A DNA stretch of 64,000 bases from Auanema rhodensis (taxonomy: Eukaryota > Animalia > Nematoda), in NCBI GenBank assembly GCA_964057225.1, contig OZ059897.1:11408001-11472000 (forward strand). The letters are read 5' to 3'. The first letter of the stretch is position 1. Each line of letters begins with the position of its first letter. This document shows positions 25,280 through 35,609 of this stretch, piece after piece. The position numbers and the translations under genes were made by a program. The notes beneath the pieces were generated by a model. The model was given only the letters and a program-made list of their open reading frames with translations, was not told the DNA's origin and ran no database searches.

Positions 25280-25582
25280 ATGAGTGGTCGTATTTTGTCA
25301 AATTTCAACTTTTTGTCTTCTTGCGCCAAAACTCCTTGTTCTGTTTCCTCATTTTCTTTTCCACAAATTGAAATTATTGTTGAAATTGTATTTAATATTG
25401 TGAAAAATAATAATTTTCTTTTAACTAACAAGGAATATAAAACCCTCTTGCCCATATCTTCATTATTACGTCAAATAGCTTTGATACGCACACCGGAAAA
25501 GGCTAAAATCATTATTGGCAACGCTTTCACACAAACAATTGAAAACAATAGTTACATGTGGTATTGCCTATTTTGGTTTTAA
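25280..25582 (+). CDS. Small Polinton-type protein downstream of the ATPase
   Basis: IEIIVEIVFNIVKNN..LT..EYKTL pattern resembles a common Polinton small ORF; homolog on the minus strand at 1-140. Confidence 0.55.
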   Translation: MSGRILSNFNFLSSCAKTPCSVSSFSFPQIEIIVEIVFNIVKNNNFLLTNKEYKTLLPISSLLRQIALIRTPEKAKIIIGNAFTQTIENNSYMWYCLFWF

Positions 25583-25585
25583 ATC

Positions 25586-26100
25586 ATGAAGCTCAACCAT
25601 AAATATCGACTAATTCCTGTCGACGAGGAAACAATTAATATAGACAAGTTTGATGCAGAGCTCAAGCTTTTACGAGAAAATAAAGCTATACCCGACTATA
25701 AAAAGGCTGAACTATACGAAGACTTGATTGCTCGTCTCAAAAACTATAGAGAAAGTATAGATGCGCCCATATCAGTACAAGTGGAAAATGCTGATCCACC
25801 TCTATTGCCAGAATACAAGTTGCCAAGAAAGTATAACAATTTGTGGGAGAAATTTCCAGAGGTGCGCACGTTGTAACTAGAGCTGAACCGGCTGTTACAG
25901 ACTTGGACTCTACTCTATTACCTAGAACGCCTCGTCATCGTAAAGCTGTTATTCGATATTCACCATCACCGGTTCGTACACTCAAAAGTAAAAGGTCAAA
26001 AACTTTTGATACTGCCGCCGAATCATATTACACACCACGAGAAGGAGACTCACAGAATGGCCAAGGTCGTAAAAGGTTCTACATTAGATTATGGAAATGA
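25586..26100 (+). pseudogene. Polinton basic core-like protein upstream of integrase (two overlapping frames)
   Basis: KYRLIP N-terminus, SP/TP- and R-rich region, QNGQG and terminal ..RLWK overlapping the integrase start. Confidence 0.5.
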
Positions 26101-26733
26101 TATTTTGGCGAGCATTTATTACGATATAAAACAGCCAGCTTCATATACATCAGCCAAGATTTTATTATCGCAAGCACGAAAACATGGCATTTCAAAGGTA
26201 CAAGTTGATGATTTTTTGCAAGATTCTGAAACTTTTACACGGCATAAACCAACCAGAATGCGTATGCAGACTAGAAATGTAATATCCTTAAGTTGGATAT
26301 TAATATTCCATGATTGACCCTTAGATTGATGTGTTGTAAAAGAAACAATAAGATTTGAGGAAGAGAGAAAGATTTATTATAAATAAAAAACATTTAAACA
26401 ATAAACAAATAAAGATAAAGATAAGTCCGCCAACTGAAGATTCAGTTGAATGGCAAGCTTATATAGCGAATGTTATCAGCATTTTCCACGAAAGGTTATA
26501 AGTTGTCAATGACAATTATAACTATCTCGGAAAATGCTGAAGCTGCAAAATATAACTGATAACATAATACACTAAGACAAGAAACTAGAATTATAAAATA
26601 TAAAATATAAAACACAGAATAAAGAAATACATAAAAATTATAGAAAGAATAAAGTACATAATTATAAAGTATAACATGCTACCGCTCTTGAAGTCCTGTG
26701 TCCTCACAGGTATGCATAAGGTTTCCAAAATTT

Positions 26734-29700
26734 TCATAATGTTGCAGCAAGCTTTTTGATGAGATCCTTATGTACTTTTCTCATCTTTCCTTGACTCATT
26801 TCCAATTCCACATATGAGTTGTATACGCCTGTAATTTTGAACGGTCCATTATAGGTGGGTCGCAATTTGCCGTGAATCGTCATATCCTTCAATAGTACCA
26901 TTTCACCTATTTCAAATATACGTGATGCTATTCGGTTACTATTATTCAGCCGATTTTGTTGTTCAATTGATTTTAATTGAATTTTTTCTTGAATAGAATC
27001 CCAGGTATTTTTCCGGTTCTCATTTCTTTCCAATAATTCGTCATCTTCAGGAGAATTTAGATGAGGTTGTCCTGGTAATTGACGGTCCATAGGTAGGCGT
27101 GCGTCTCTTCCAAATAAAGCAATGTATGGGCTGATTCCGGTAGTTGTACTTGGGATTGTATTTAACGCGAATGTGATTTTAGGTAATTGTGAGGCCCATT
27201 GAGAGACACGGTTTTCAGCACAAGTGGATAAACATTCCTGGATGGTTCGATGTAGTCGTTCCACTTGACCGTTTGTATTTTTGTGATATGGCAGAGAGAA
27301 GGTTTGTACAATTCCAAATTCGTTGCACATTAACTTGAATTCTTTAGATATAAAATTTCCTCCATTGTCAGACACGATGCTCACTGGTGGTCCAAAAATG
27401 AAGACGAAATTCGTCAGGAACTTTCGGACTGTTTCTTCGGCATTCTGTGTGCGTAAAGGTATGCTCGTTATCCATTTCGAAAAAGCATCTTGAATAGAAA
27501 GAATATATTTAAATCCATTAGTGCTAGGGGAAAAAGGTCCTGTCACATCCATATGAATCCTATCAAATGGTTTTTGTGGGGTAACAAACTTTCCATATGG
27601 TTCTCTCGTTGTATCATGTTGATTTATTTTCCTTTTTGCGCATGTCAGGCATTGGCTGACGATCTCTTTCGCATCTTCCATCATATTTGTCCAATGGAAT
27701 CTTCTTGATAATGCTGCATGTGTTCTTTTGATTCCTTGATGCGCTCCAATTCTTGCGTCTTCATGAAAAAGTTTCGCAAGTACTTGATTCAATGTCTTTT
27801 GTTTTGGAATCATAATCCTTGGAGAAAGATATTGTTTGTTAGGTCGAGCATGTAAAACTCCGTCGATAACAATATATCTATCGCTATTAATCTGTTTAGG
27901 TTGTTCCGTTAACATATCAGCAATAGTTTCCTTAATCCATGGTGTTCCTTGTTGTAACTGAATTAGTTTGTCGGTATCCAGAGTTTCCACATTGGTTACA
28001 TTTATGAGATAGTTGATGGTTTCTTGGATATCCGTTAAACTTGTTGTTGGCGTTGTCTTCTGTAGCTTCGGTTTAGGACCATCGTTAGCTTCGTTGCCTA
28101 TGTATCTGGATAGTGCATCACATACACTATTCATACGTCCTGGACGGTACATAATCACAATATCATATTCCTGGATCATTAACTGATATTTCGCTAGTCT
28201 TCCAATAAGATCTCTTCTACTCATTAGACTGGTTAGTGGTCGATGATCCGTTATTAGCTTAGTTGACGTGCCTAAAACATATGTGCGAAATTGTTGTAAT
28301 GCGTAGACGAGTGCCAAAGCTTCTAATTCGATAGGTGGGTATTTTCTTTCTGTAGGTGAGAGCTTCCTACTTGCGAACGCAACAGGGTGTAATCCGTTTC
28401 CTGTATCTTGTAGTAAGACTGCTCCAATTGCAATAGTACTAGCGTCACTTTCAATAACAAAAGGTGCTCCATTTGTTGGTGGCTTCAGAACTGGTGCTGT
28501 GCATAGAGCTTTCTTGAGAGTCTCGAATGCTTTTTCACGTTCTTCCGTCCATTCGAAATCTTGATCCTTGTGTGTGAGTTGATACAACGGTTCGGCTATT
28601 TTGGCGTAGTCTCTGATGAATCGCCGAAAATAATTTGTCATTCCAAGGAATGAACGAATAGCGGTGACCGTTTTAGGAGTTGGAAATTTCATAACGGCTG
28701 TAATTTTTGATGGATCAGGTTGTATTCCATCACGACCAATTATAAATCCAAGAAATTTAACTTGTGTAGCTGCAAATTTGCATTTACTTAGTTTTGCTTT
28801 CATTCCTAATCCTTGTAAAGCTTGTAACACTTCTTCTATATCCTCCAGATGTTGTTCAGCTGTGTTTGATATAATGAGTAGATCATCCAGATAAACAAAA
28901 AGTCGACATTTTACTTGATTTTGCAAATAGCGAACAGCTGATTGAAATGTATGTGGAGCTCCACAGAGACCCATCGGCATTCTGCAATATTGATAAACTC
29001 CTGATGAGGTCACAAATGCAGTGAGGTGACGGTCTTCTTCACGTAAAGGAATTTGAAAAAATCCCGATACGAGATCGATGTTTGTGAAGTATCGAGCTCC
29101 TGCAGTGCTGTCGATTATTTCTGGTATATGAGGAATAGAATAAGTCTGTTTCTGTGTGACACTATTGAGTGCACGGAAGTCCGTTACAAAGCGGAATGAG
29201 TTGTCTTTCTTCTTGACTAAGACGACTGGACTTGTAAAACTTGATGTTGATGTTTCTATTACTCCTTGGTCCAGCATTTCTTTTACTTGACGTTCAACTT
29301 CATCCTGTTTACCCAAAGGAACTCGATATGATCGAGATTTGGGCAGGTCCATATCGGTTCTCAAAGTGATTGAATGTTCTATTGGTCCTTTGAATAATCC
29401 AATGTTCCGATCTTCGTTAAAAAAAGCATTTTTGAATCTTCTCAACATAGTTTTGAGATTTTGACGTTGATTTTTAGATAGATCCGTTGATTCGAATTTT
29501 AAGTTATCGAAAGGATTCTTCTCAAAAATAGGCAATTTATCTGACCAATCAGCTTCTGGTGGAATATAGTCCGGTATATGTGGGATTCCAATTTCTTCTG
29601 CTATTTTTCCTTTTCCAATAATGGTGTTTCCTGTTAACTTCACCTCATAATTTGCTGTATTGATGGCGAATATTGTGAGTGGTGAAGTCTTGATAGCAGT

Positions 29701-32700
29701 AGGTGTGAATTGAATAGGTCCATTTCCACATCGTATAAGAGCGTATTGTTTTGGTTGTAGTTCTTTTGCCAATTGTAGACGAATCATAGCTTTAGTTCGG
29801 GGTGGAATAATAGATTCTCTAATGTTTATAATTGAAACGGTGTCTGAACTGATGCGAAAGCTCTTCTGGTTAGCGGATAATAATGGTAGAAAATGGTTTC
29901 CAACTATTAATTGCTTGCGTAGAGCTTGTAGAGAAGTTGTTATTCCTTTTTCTTCTAATGCTTTCATGATGTCCAAACCAAGTAACATTTCAGTAGGACA
30001 ATGTTTATCCTCAGAGATTAAAAATGTGTGTGAAAGATGGTATCCAGCAATAACAATGTCCAACGTTATTGTACCCAGAAAGTTGAATATTGATCCATTT
30101 GCTGCGGTGGCAGAGATTTTAGTTGAGTTGAAATTCTCTTTTCCTAAATAGCGTACTGATGATTCCTTCAAATATGAAACAGATGCTCCGCTATCCCATA
30201 AAGCTACGAGTCCTCTGCCTTCTGCTTCGATTCTTATATATGGGAGTTCTCTTTTGTTTGTTGCACAGCATCCAACAAAAGGTATAATAATAGGAATAAA
30301 AGTGATGACAGTAGGAAAATATCTTCGAATAGTTTCATCGTCGGCTGGAACATCGATGTCAGCGTTGAGTAGTTCGTGTTGTTCAACTGCATTCACATTT
30401 AAGATAGGAACTTTCTCTTTGATATAAGATACAACAATAATGTATAATGCTGATCCAAAGATTAATATAACTATCATAACACCTGCAGAGATAAACATTC
30501 TGTTGAGGGATCCAGCAAAGAAATCAACTCCTCGTTCCCATAGTGATGATGCAATATTTTGAGTAGAACTAAAAAGTTCGTTACTTTTTGTAAACCATTC
30601 TGATAAGCCTGGCAAATTCGCTTGATTCGTGATAACTCGTAGAAAATTTCTATGAGGATTGGTAGCGAAAATGTGTCCATATGTTAAGCTTATTGTTCTA
30701 ACTAAGTTTTCATCGGTGATATTTTCATAAAGATTTCTTTGTGAAAATCGAATGGCTGCTAGATCGGGATACTGATCTGAACCAATGTTTAAAGCAGTTA
30801 CGTTTGTAACTCCGTTGAGGGATTTCCATTCTCCATCCTCTTTCCATATATCATTTTCTACTGTTTCACATGGAATTTCAGTTCCATATGCTTCCAAATC
30901 TGCTGAATCTTGAGGTGCAAAGTAGAGGCGGTCATCATCCGTGATGACGGGTGTTTCTAAATAACACTTATCCTTGTATGTGTGGTTGCGATAAATGTGA
31001 ATTGGTTCTATTGGCTGACAGGTTGAAACCCGAATAAGATTCCGTCCAATTATTCGAGCCACTACATCATCTCGTTGCATAATAGATCGGATAGCAATCG
31101 TAGGATTGATATTAAATATAGCTTGCCATGTCTTAATAAGTTCAAGTTGAGCATGACATATGCTGTGATGTTGATGATGAAATTCTTCGACCAGTATGGT
31201 TCTCATTCGTTCAAATCCATAGTTGAGTTTGTTGATGGTAGTTAATGCATCTCGATGTCGAAGTATAGTATTCTGGTGATCAGTTAAGTGAGTGCCGAAT
31301 AATTCTTGAGCTTTCTCTATGCTTCCAATCATGGGTTGCATTGATGTCATCCCTTGAATAGTACTAATTGTTTGTTTTGTAGTAGATGATGTATTTACAA
31401 CAGGTTTTGAGGTAGCACTAAGAAATCGTGCAGTTGGCGTAGTTTTAGTGGTGATAGAGCGACTGAATACTCTTTTTGTAATCTCTTCAGGTGCTGGTTT
31501 TGAAAACCATGACATTAAATCAGTTAATTGTTTAGCGTCAATATTGATGTTACGGCTGTAGAGATCTTCTTTATTCGAAGGCATCGGTATTCCAAAATTG
31601 GTTTCTCGGTTTCTGAGTGTCCAGTTATCCAACAGCTTTAATTTCATTTCATATACTTGATCTTTCACTTGTCGTTGCATAAAATGACTATGAAAGAACA
31701 GTTTCATTCGATAATATTCTATCAGTTGAGGTTGAGAATACTGATAGCGTAGTTCACGAAGTAATTCTTTTGCTTTATATACCACAGAACGTGGATCTCC
31801 AAATGTGAAGTTGAGATGGTTTTGATATACTGTGAATATCAAAAATTCGAGTGGTGGCACATATTCTGTTTCGGATAAGATTGCAGGTATTTGTATCAAT
31901 TCCCATAATTTATCTCTTGCAACCGAAATTGTAGAATTGCCTGGTTTAACTATTCTTTTTATATAATTGATAGGAAGTCGGTGTGCTAGTTGACCGATGA
32001 CAAAACTAGGCTCCATTTGTTCGATCCACATTTTTGTAATCATCTTGCTTTCTTCTCCTCCTAGAGCATGTAGTAAGAGAATATTCGGATCGCGGAAGTC
32101 TTTTAAATTTGCCCAGTAATCTATAGTATGATCAGTAATGTTCAAAACATGGACAGCTGACAGCAAAAATTGATGATATCGAGCAATAACAGTCAGGTTC
32201 TGATATTCGTTGCTAACTGATTGATAGTGATACCAGTTATGAATATATCGTATGGTATTTCCGCCAGACGTGACAGTATATCTAGCAAACGGTAGATCCA
32301 ATATTTGAATAGGAGTTAACTTATATTCCATTTCTGAGCGAAATGACGCAATTAAGGATGAATTTGTTGAACGTTTATAGCGTTGGCGTGAAGGATCCAT
32401 TTGATTATCCAAATAACTTGTTAGATCCAGTAGAGAATATGCATGCGGATAATCAATAAACGAGACAAGAGTCTCAGTAGTGGATTCAAAAATTGGTGAA
32501 GAAAAACAAGATTGAGTTGTAGTAGATGCTGAGGTGTTGGCTAAGACAAGTGCTGTTTCTAGACTTGATATTAGCAGTGTTTGATCTCCAAGTATTCCAT
32601 ACAGAGGTCCAATACGTGTGTATTGGCATGGTGCTCGGGGTGTGGGTGGTTTCCAAACTACTGAACCATCTCCAAATGTACAGCTTCCCATTTGAGCTTT

Positions 32701-34260
32701 ACAGCCTTCGGCGTTGACAATTAAGTCAGATACAATAGTATTGTCCTTTAAATTTGTAATAACTCCTCGCTCCATCACAAATTGAGTTAAGTTGGCGCAT
32801 TGAGTAAAACTGAAGAAACGTTCCGGTTCATATACTGGCTTAGGAGCTTCATATGTAAGTGGATTAGCGCTCAACAGTTTTTCATTTTTCCATTTCTTGT
32901 CTCGAGCAGCTATACGGCATTCTTCTACAGATACATATCCATTACCAATGATGGTGTCATTGCTTTCTCGGAACCAAAATTGATCCGTTACACATAATCG
33001 ATAGATGCGTGTATAACATTTCCACGCTTCCCATGTTACGACGGTTTGTTTAGGAATGAACAATTCAACGTTAACTTGATGAGCTTGTTGAATTGCTTTC
33101 CGTTGGCATCCTGTTATCTCTGGTGGTGTCATCAGAATTCCTCCTTTATGAGCTAAACATAGTTGATATGAAGCATTCACAGTGGGAAGCAGAAATGTGC
33201 AGATTATTGTTGTGAGCAGGAATGGTAATGCAATAGTATTTATATTGAATCGAGGTTTCCATCGTCGTTGATTGCCTTGATTCTCTCTTGGATAATTGTC
33301 GCGATTATTCCTGGCAAAGTTGTCTCGATTTTCTCTTTGATAATTGTTGCGAGGTTCTCTCGAATGGTGATTACTCTCCATTGAGTAGTTGTTTCCATAA
33401 TTTTGTCGAGGGCCAGAGTTCCTGCTGAATTTATTTTTGAAATTCTTCCAAGGGTTTCTTGAATTGTTGCCATTGTTCCGTTCGAAATCTCGTGGCTGCT
33501 GATGGTTCCTTTGGTTCCTATTTTCCTTCATGGTGATCTTCTGAACTGCAGAGATCAACTCTTGCATAGTTGAGTTTTCTTCATGCTGTTTTTTATAGTT
33601 AGCACGAATTGCTTCTTCAAAACGTGCTGTCCTTTTTGCTTCCTCATAAGTCTTCGGATCTTTTCCTTGAACAATTATGCCTAAATCAGCGTTCAATCCA
33701 TTTAAGAAAGCTGATCTTAATATGAGCTCTCTTTCTCGATCAGTTGGGCTCATAATACTGGAAGCCATTTCTTCCAAGTATGAGGCAAACTGAGTAACAG
33801 TTTTCTCTCCTTGCGTCGAGCGTAGCAACTTCGCGATCGTGAAATTCCTTTCCGTGGCAGGGCAAAGTAACTCTGCCAATTGTGAAACAAGGTCTTTCCA
33901 AGGTCCTCGTTCACGAATTTCGAAAGGAATCGAGTTATATGCAGAGATCGCAGAATCATTCTGCTGAAGCAGCAGAGGAAGAAGAAAAATTCTTTCAATT
34001 ACAGAAAGTCCCGCAGCATTCGCGAATCGGTTAAATATATCGATGTACGATCGAAAGCTTCGGCTACCATCGTATTTGGGGCAGTGTGGACTGCCTAGAA
34101 CTTTTGTTAAGTTTTTGGTCAACTCTGGAGATGCCATTAAATTAGGCGTTTCCAGAGTTGAATCTCTGTTTGATTGCTCATGTGGTCTCATGTTGAGTAG
34201 GAGCTTCAGAGGTAGTTTTTCGCGCTGGGGAGTTTTTTCTTTTTTCGGTGTTACAGCCAA
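26734..34260 (-). CDS. Intact Gag-Env-PR-RT-RNaseH-IN polyprotein (2508 aa)
   Basis: Gag CA-like PKYDG...FLNGL; signal-like FLLTTIICTFLLPTVNA; furin RYKR; TM at about 30421-30498; LWDSGA; YLDD; RNase H ESDAS/ELEA/TDH/DALSR; HHCC, DDE and GPF. Confidence 0.95.
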   Translation of the reverse strand: MAVTPKKEKTPQREKLPLKLLLNMRPHEQSNRDSTLETPNLMASPELTKNLTKVLGSPHCPKYDGSRSFRSYIDIFNRFANAAGLSVIERIFLLPLLLQQNDSAISAYNSIPFEIRERGPWKDLVSQLAELLCPATERNFTIAKLLRSTQGEKTVTQFASYLEEMASSIMSPTDRERELILRSAFLNGLNADLGIIVQGKDPKTYEEAKRTARFEEAIRANYKKQHEENSTMQELISAVQKITMKENRNQRNHQQPRDFERNNGNNSRNPWKNFKNKFSRNSGPRQNYGNNYSMESNHHSREPRNNYQRENRDNFARNNRDNYPRENQGNQRRWKPRFNINTIALPFLLTTIICTFLLPTVNASYQLCLAHKGGILMTPPEITGCQRKAIQQAHQVNVELFIPKQTVVTWEAWKCYTRIYRLCVTDQFWFRESNDTIIGNGYVSVEECRIAARDKKWKNEKLLSANPLTYEAPKPVYEPERFFSFTQCANLTQFVMERGVITNLKDNTIVSDLIVNAEGCKAQMGSCTFGDGSVVWKPPTPRAPCQYTRIGPLYGILGDQTLLISSLETALVLANTSASTTTQSCFSSPIFESTTETLVSFIDYPHAYSLLDLTSYLDNQMDPSRQRYKRSTNSSLIASFRSEMEYKLTPIQILDLPFARYTVTSGGNTIRYIHNWYHYQSVSNEYQNLTVIARYHQFLLSAVHVLNITDHTIDYWANLKDFRDPNILLLHALGGEESKMITKMWIEQMEPSFVIGQLAHRLPINYIKRIVKPGNSTISVARDKLWELIQIPAILSETEYVPPLEFLIFTVYQNHLNFTFGDPRSVVYKAKELLRELRYQYSQPQLIEYYRMKLFFHSHFMQRQVKDQVYEMKLKLLDNWTLRNRETNFGIPMPSNKEDLYSRNINIDAKQLTDLMSWFSKPAPEEITKRVFSRSITTKTTPTARFLSATSKPVVNTSSTTKQTISTIQGMTSMQPMIGSIEKAQELFGTHLTDHQNTILRHRDALTTINKLNYGFERMRTILVEEFHHQHHSICHAQLELIKTWQAIFNINPTIAIRSIMQRDDVVARIIGRNLIRVSTCQPIEPIHIYRNHTYKDKCYLETPVITDDDRLYFAPQDSADLEAYGTEIPCETVENDIWKEDGEWKSLNGVTNVTALNIGSDQYPDLAAIRFSQRNLYENITDENLVRTISLTYGHIFATNPHRNFLRVITNQANLPGLSEWFTKSNELFSSTQNIASSLWERGVDFFAGSLNRMFISAGVMIVILIFGSALYIIVVSYIKEKVPILNVNAVEQHELLNADIDVPADDETIRRYFPTVITFIPIIIPFVGCCATNKRELPYIRIEAEGRGLVALWDSGASVSYLKESSVRYLGKENFNSTKISATAANGSIFNFLGTITLDIVIAGYHLSHTFLISEDKHCPTEMLLGLDIMKALEEKGITTSLQALRKQLIVGNHFLPLLSANQKSFRISSDTVSIINIRESIIPPRTKAMIRLQLAKELQPKQYALIRCGNGPIQFTPTAIKTSPLTIFAINTANYEVKLTGNTIIGKGKIAEEIGIPHIPDYIPPEADWSDKLPIFEKNPFDNLKFESTDLSKNQRQNLKTMLRRFKNAFFNEDRNIGLFKGPIEHSITLRTDMDLPKSRSYRVPLGKQDEVERQVKEMLDQGVIETSTSSFTSPVVLVKKKDNSFRFVTDFRALNSVTQKQTYSIPHIPEIIDSTAGARYFTNIDLVSGFFQIPLREEDRHLTAFVTSSGVYQYCRMPMGLCGAPHTFQSAVRYLQNQVKCRLFVYLDDLLIISNTAEQHLEDIEEVLQALQGLGMKAKLSKCKFAATQVKFLGFIIGRDGIQPDPSKITAVMKFPTPKTVTAIRSFLGMTNYFRRFIRDYAKIAEPLYQLTHKDQDFEWTEEREKAFETLKKALCTAPVLKPPTNGAPFVIESDASTIAIGAVLLQDTGNGLHPVAFASRKLSPTERKYPPIELEALALVYALQQFRTYVLGTSTKLITDHRPLTSLMSRRDLIGRLAKYQLMIQEYDIVIMYRPGRMNSVCDALSRYIGNEANDGPKPKLQKTTPTTSLTDIQETINYLINVTNVETLDTDKLIQLQQGTPWIKETIADMLTEQPKQINSDRYIVIDGVLHARPNKQYLSPRIMIPKQKTLNQVLAKLFHEDARIGAHQGIKRTHAALSRRFHWTNMMEDAKEIVSQCLTCAKRKINQHDTTREPYGKFVTPQKPFDRIHMDVTGPFSPSTNGFKYILSIQDAFSKWITSIPLRTQNAEETVRKFLTNFVFIFGPPVSIVSDNGGNFISKEFKLMCNEFGIVQTFSLPYHKNTNGQVERLHRTIQECLSTCAENRVSQWASQLPKITFALNTIPSTTTGISPYIALFGRDARLPMDRQLPGQPHLNSPEDDELLERNENRKNTWDSIQEKIQLKSIEQQNRLNNSNRIASRIFEIGEMVLLKDMTIHGKLRPTYNGPFKITGVYNSYVELEMSQGKMRKVHKDLIKKLAATL
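30421..33240 (-). other. Env region of family 1: class III (gB-like) fusion glycoprotein
   Basis: LNYGF..ICHAQ..WQAIFNINP..VVARIIG..VSTCQPI..CYLETP..EIPC parallels herpesvirus gB LQFTY..WCELQ..WNEARKLNP..VSARMLG..VSTCVPV..CYSRP..IEPC (gB sequence recalled from memory). Confidence 0.78.
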
Positions 34261-35609
34261 GTGTGTTGGCGTTTTTTCGTCGTCCGATGGACTTAAATCG
34301 TTGTCAAACGAGTCGTCACTATCGGGAAAAGGAAATCGAGAAATACGATTTCTCTTGTCTCTTAATCTTTGAGAGGTACGGAAAGGCGTATCCGTATAAT
34401 TATTCTTGGAGGTTGCCGTTTTGGAAAAGGAGGAAAGTCAGAACAATCTACAATGTAAAATAGTGGAATAAGTTAGTAAACAAGATAAGAATATGAATAG
34501 TTAATAGTGAATAAATTAGTGAATAACGTGAAAAAAAAAATCGAAGAAAAAAAAAAGATATATAATAATATGGGTTGAAGATTAATTAATTAATGAACTC
34601 ATACAAAAACAAACTATAGAGAGGAAAAAAAAAAAAGTGAATATAATTAATTGTTAAGATGATGATAGGATATGATTATGTGACAATGTGATTCATAAAT
34701 TAGAGAAGTGAGTATGGCGGACAAATCAAAATCTCAATTGTTACTGAATAACAATGAATTACCAAACAAGGCATCTTTCAAATTCCAAAGTCTTTGTTTC
34801 AACTTGAATCAACAATCAAAAAATTATGAGAGGAAGGTTTAAATTCAAATATGACAAATGATACAGCGGATGTTATTTTCTTACAGTGGCCATTCTGTTA
34901 GTACAAACTTGTAATCTTTATCAAAAATATCGCAAATTGACTTTATTAAGGTCCAATTTTGCTTATATCAAACAGCTTTTCCATTTCCAAAAAATATATA
35001 TTTTTCGCCACAATGAAAAATCAAAAGTACAACTGCGCAGAAACAAAAAGAAATCGAAAAGTTGGCCAATTCAGTATCTCACCCTTGCGCAAAATATCAA
35101 CCCTGTTTATTAAAAAAATGAGTGAGACCCTTCGTACTGAATTGGAAAGAGAGGTGGTAGCCCAGGGAAATAGCTCAAAAAAAGATTTATTATAAATAAA
35201 AAGCATTTAAACAATAAACAAATAAAGATAAAGATAAGTCCGCCAACTGAAGATTCAGTTGAATGGCAAGCTTATATAGCGAATGTTATCAGCATTTTCC
35301 ACGAAAGGTTATAAGTTGTCAATGACAATTATAACTATCTCAGAAAATGCTGAGGCTGCAAAATATAACTGATAACATAATACACTAAGACAAGAAACTA
35401 GAATTATAAAATATAAAATATAAAACACAGAATAAAGAAATACATAAAAATTATAGAAAGAATAAAGTAAAGAATTATAAAGTATTGCAAACATACAAAC
35501 ATAAGTTTTTTGTACGGGCAGCTGTCATTTGGTCAAACGTGGTCAGAAGAGTTTCATCGTTGTTACCATGAATCTGATAAAGAGTTTCAAGAGCAGTATC
35601 ATGAAATTC

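Larger units (their letters stand above)
26278..35489 (-). mobile_element. Ty3/gypsy family 1 element with internal env
   Basis: 399-bp LTR at 26278-26676 (TG..CA), 2508-aa ORF, partial divergent LTR at 35181-35489; PBS region missing. Confidence 0.95.
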
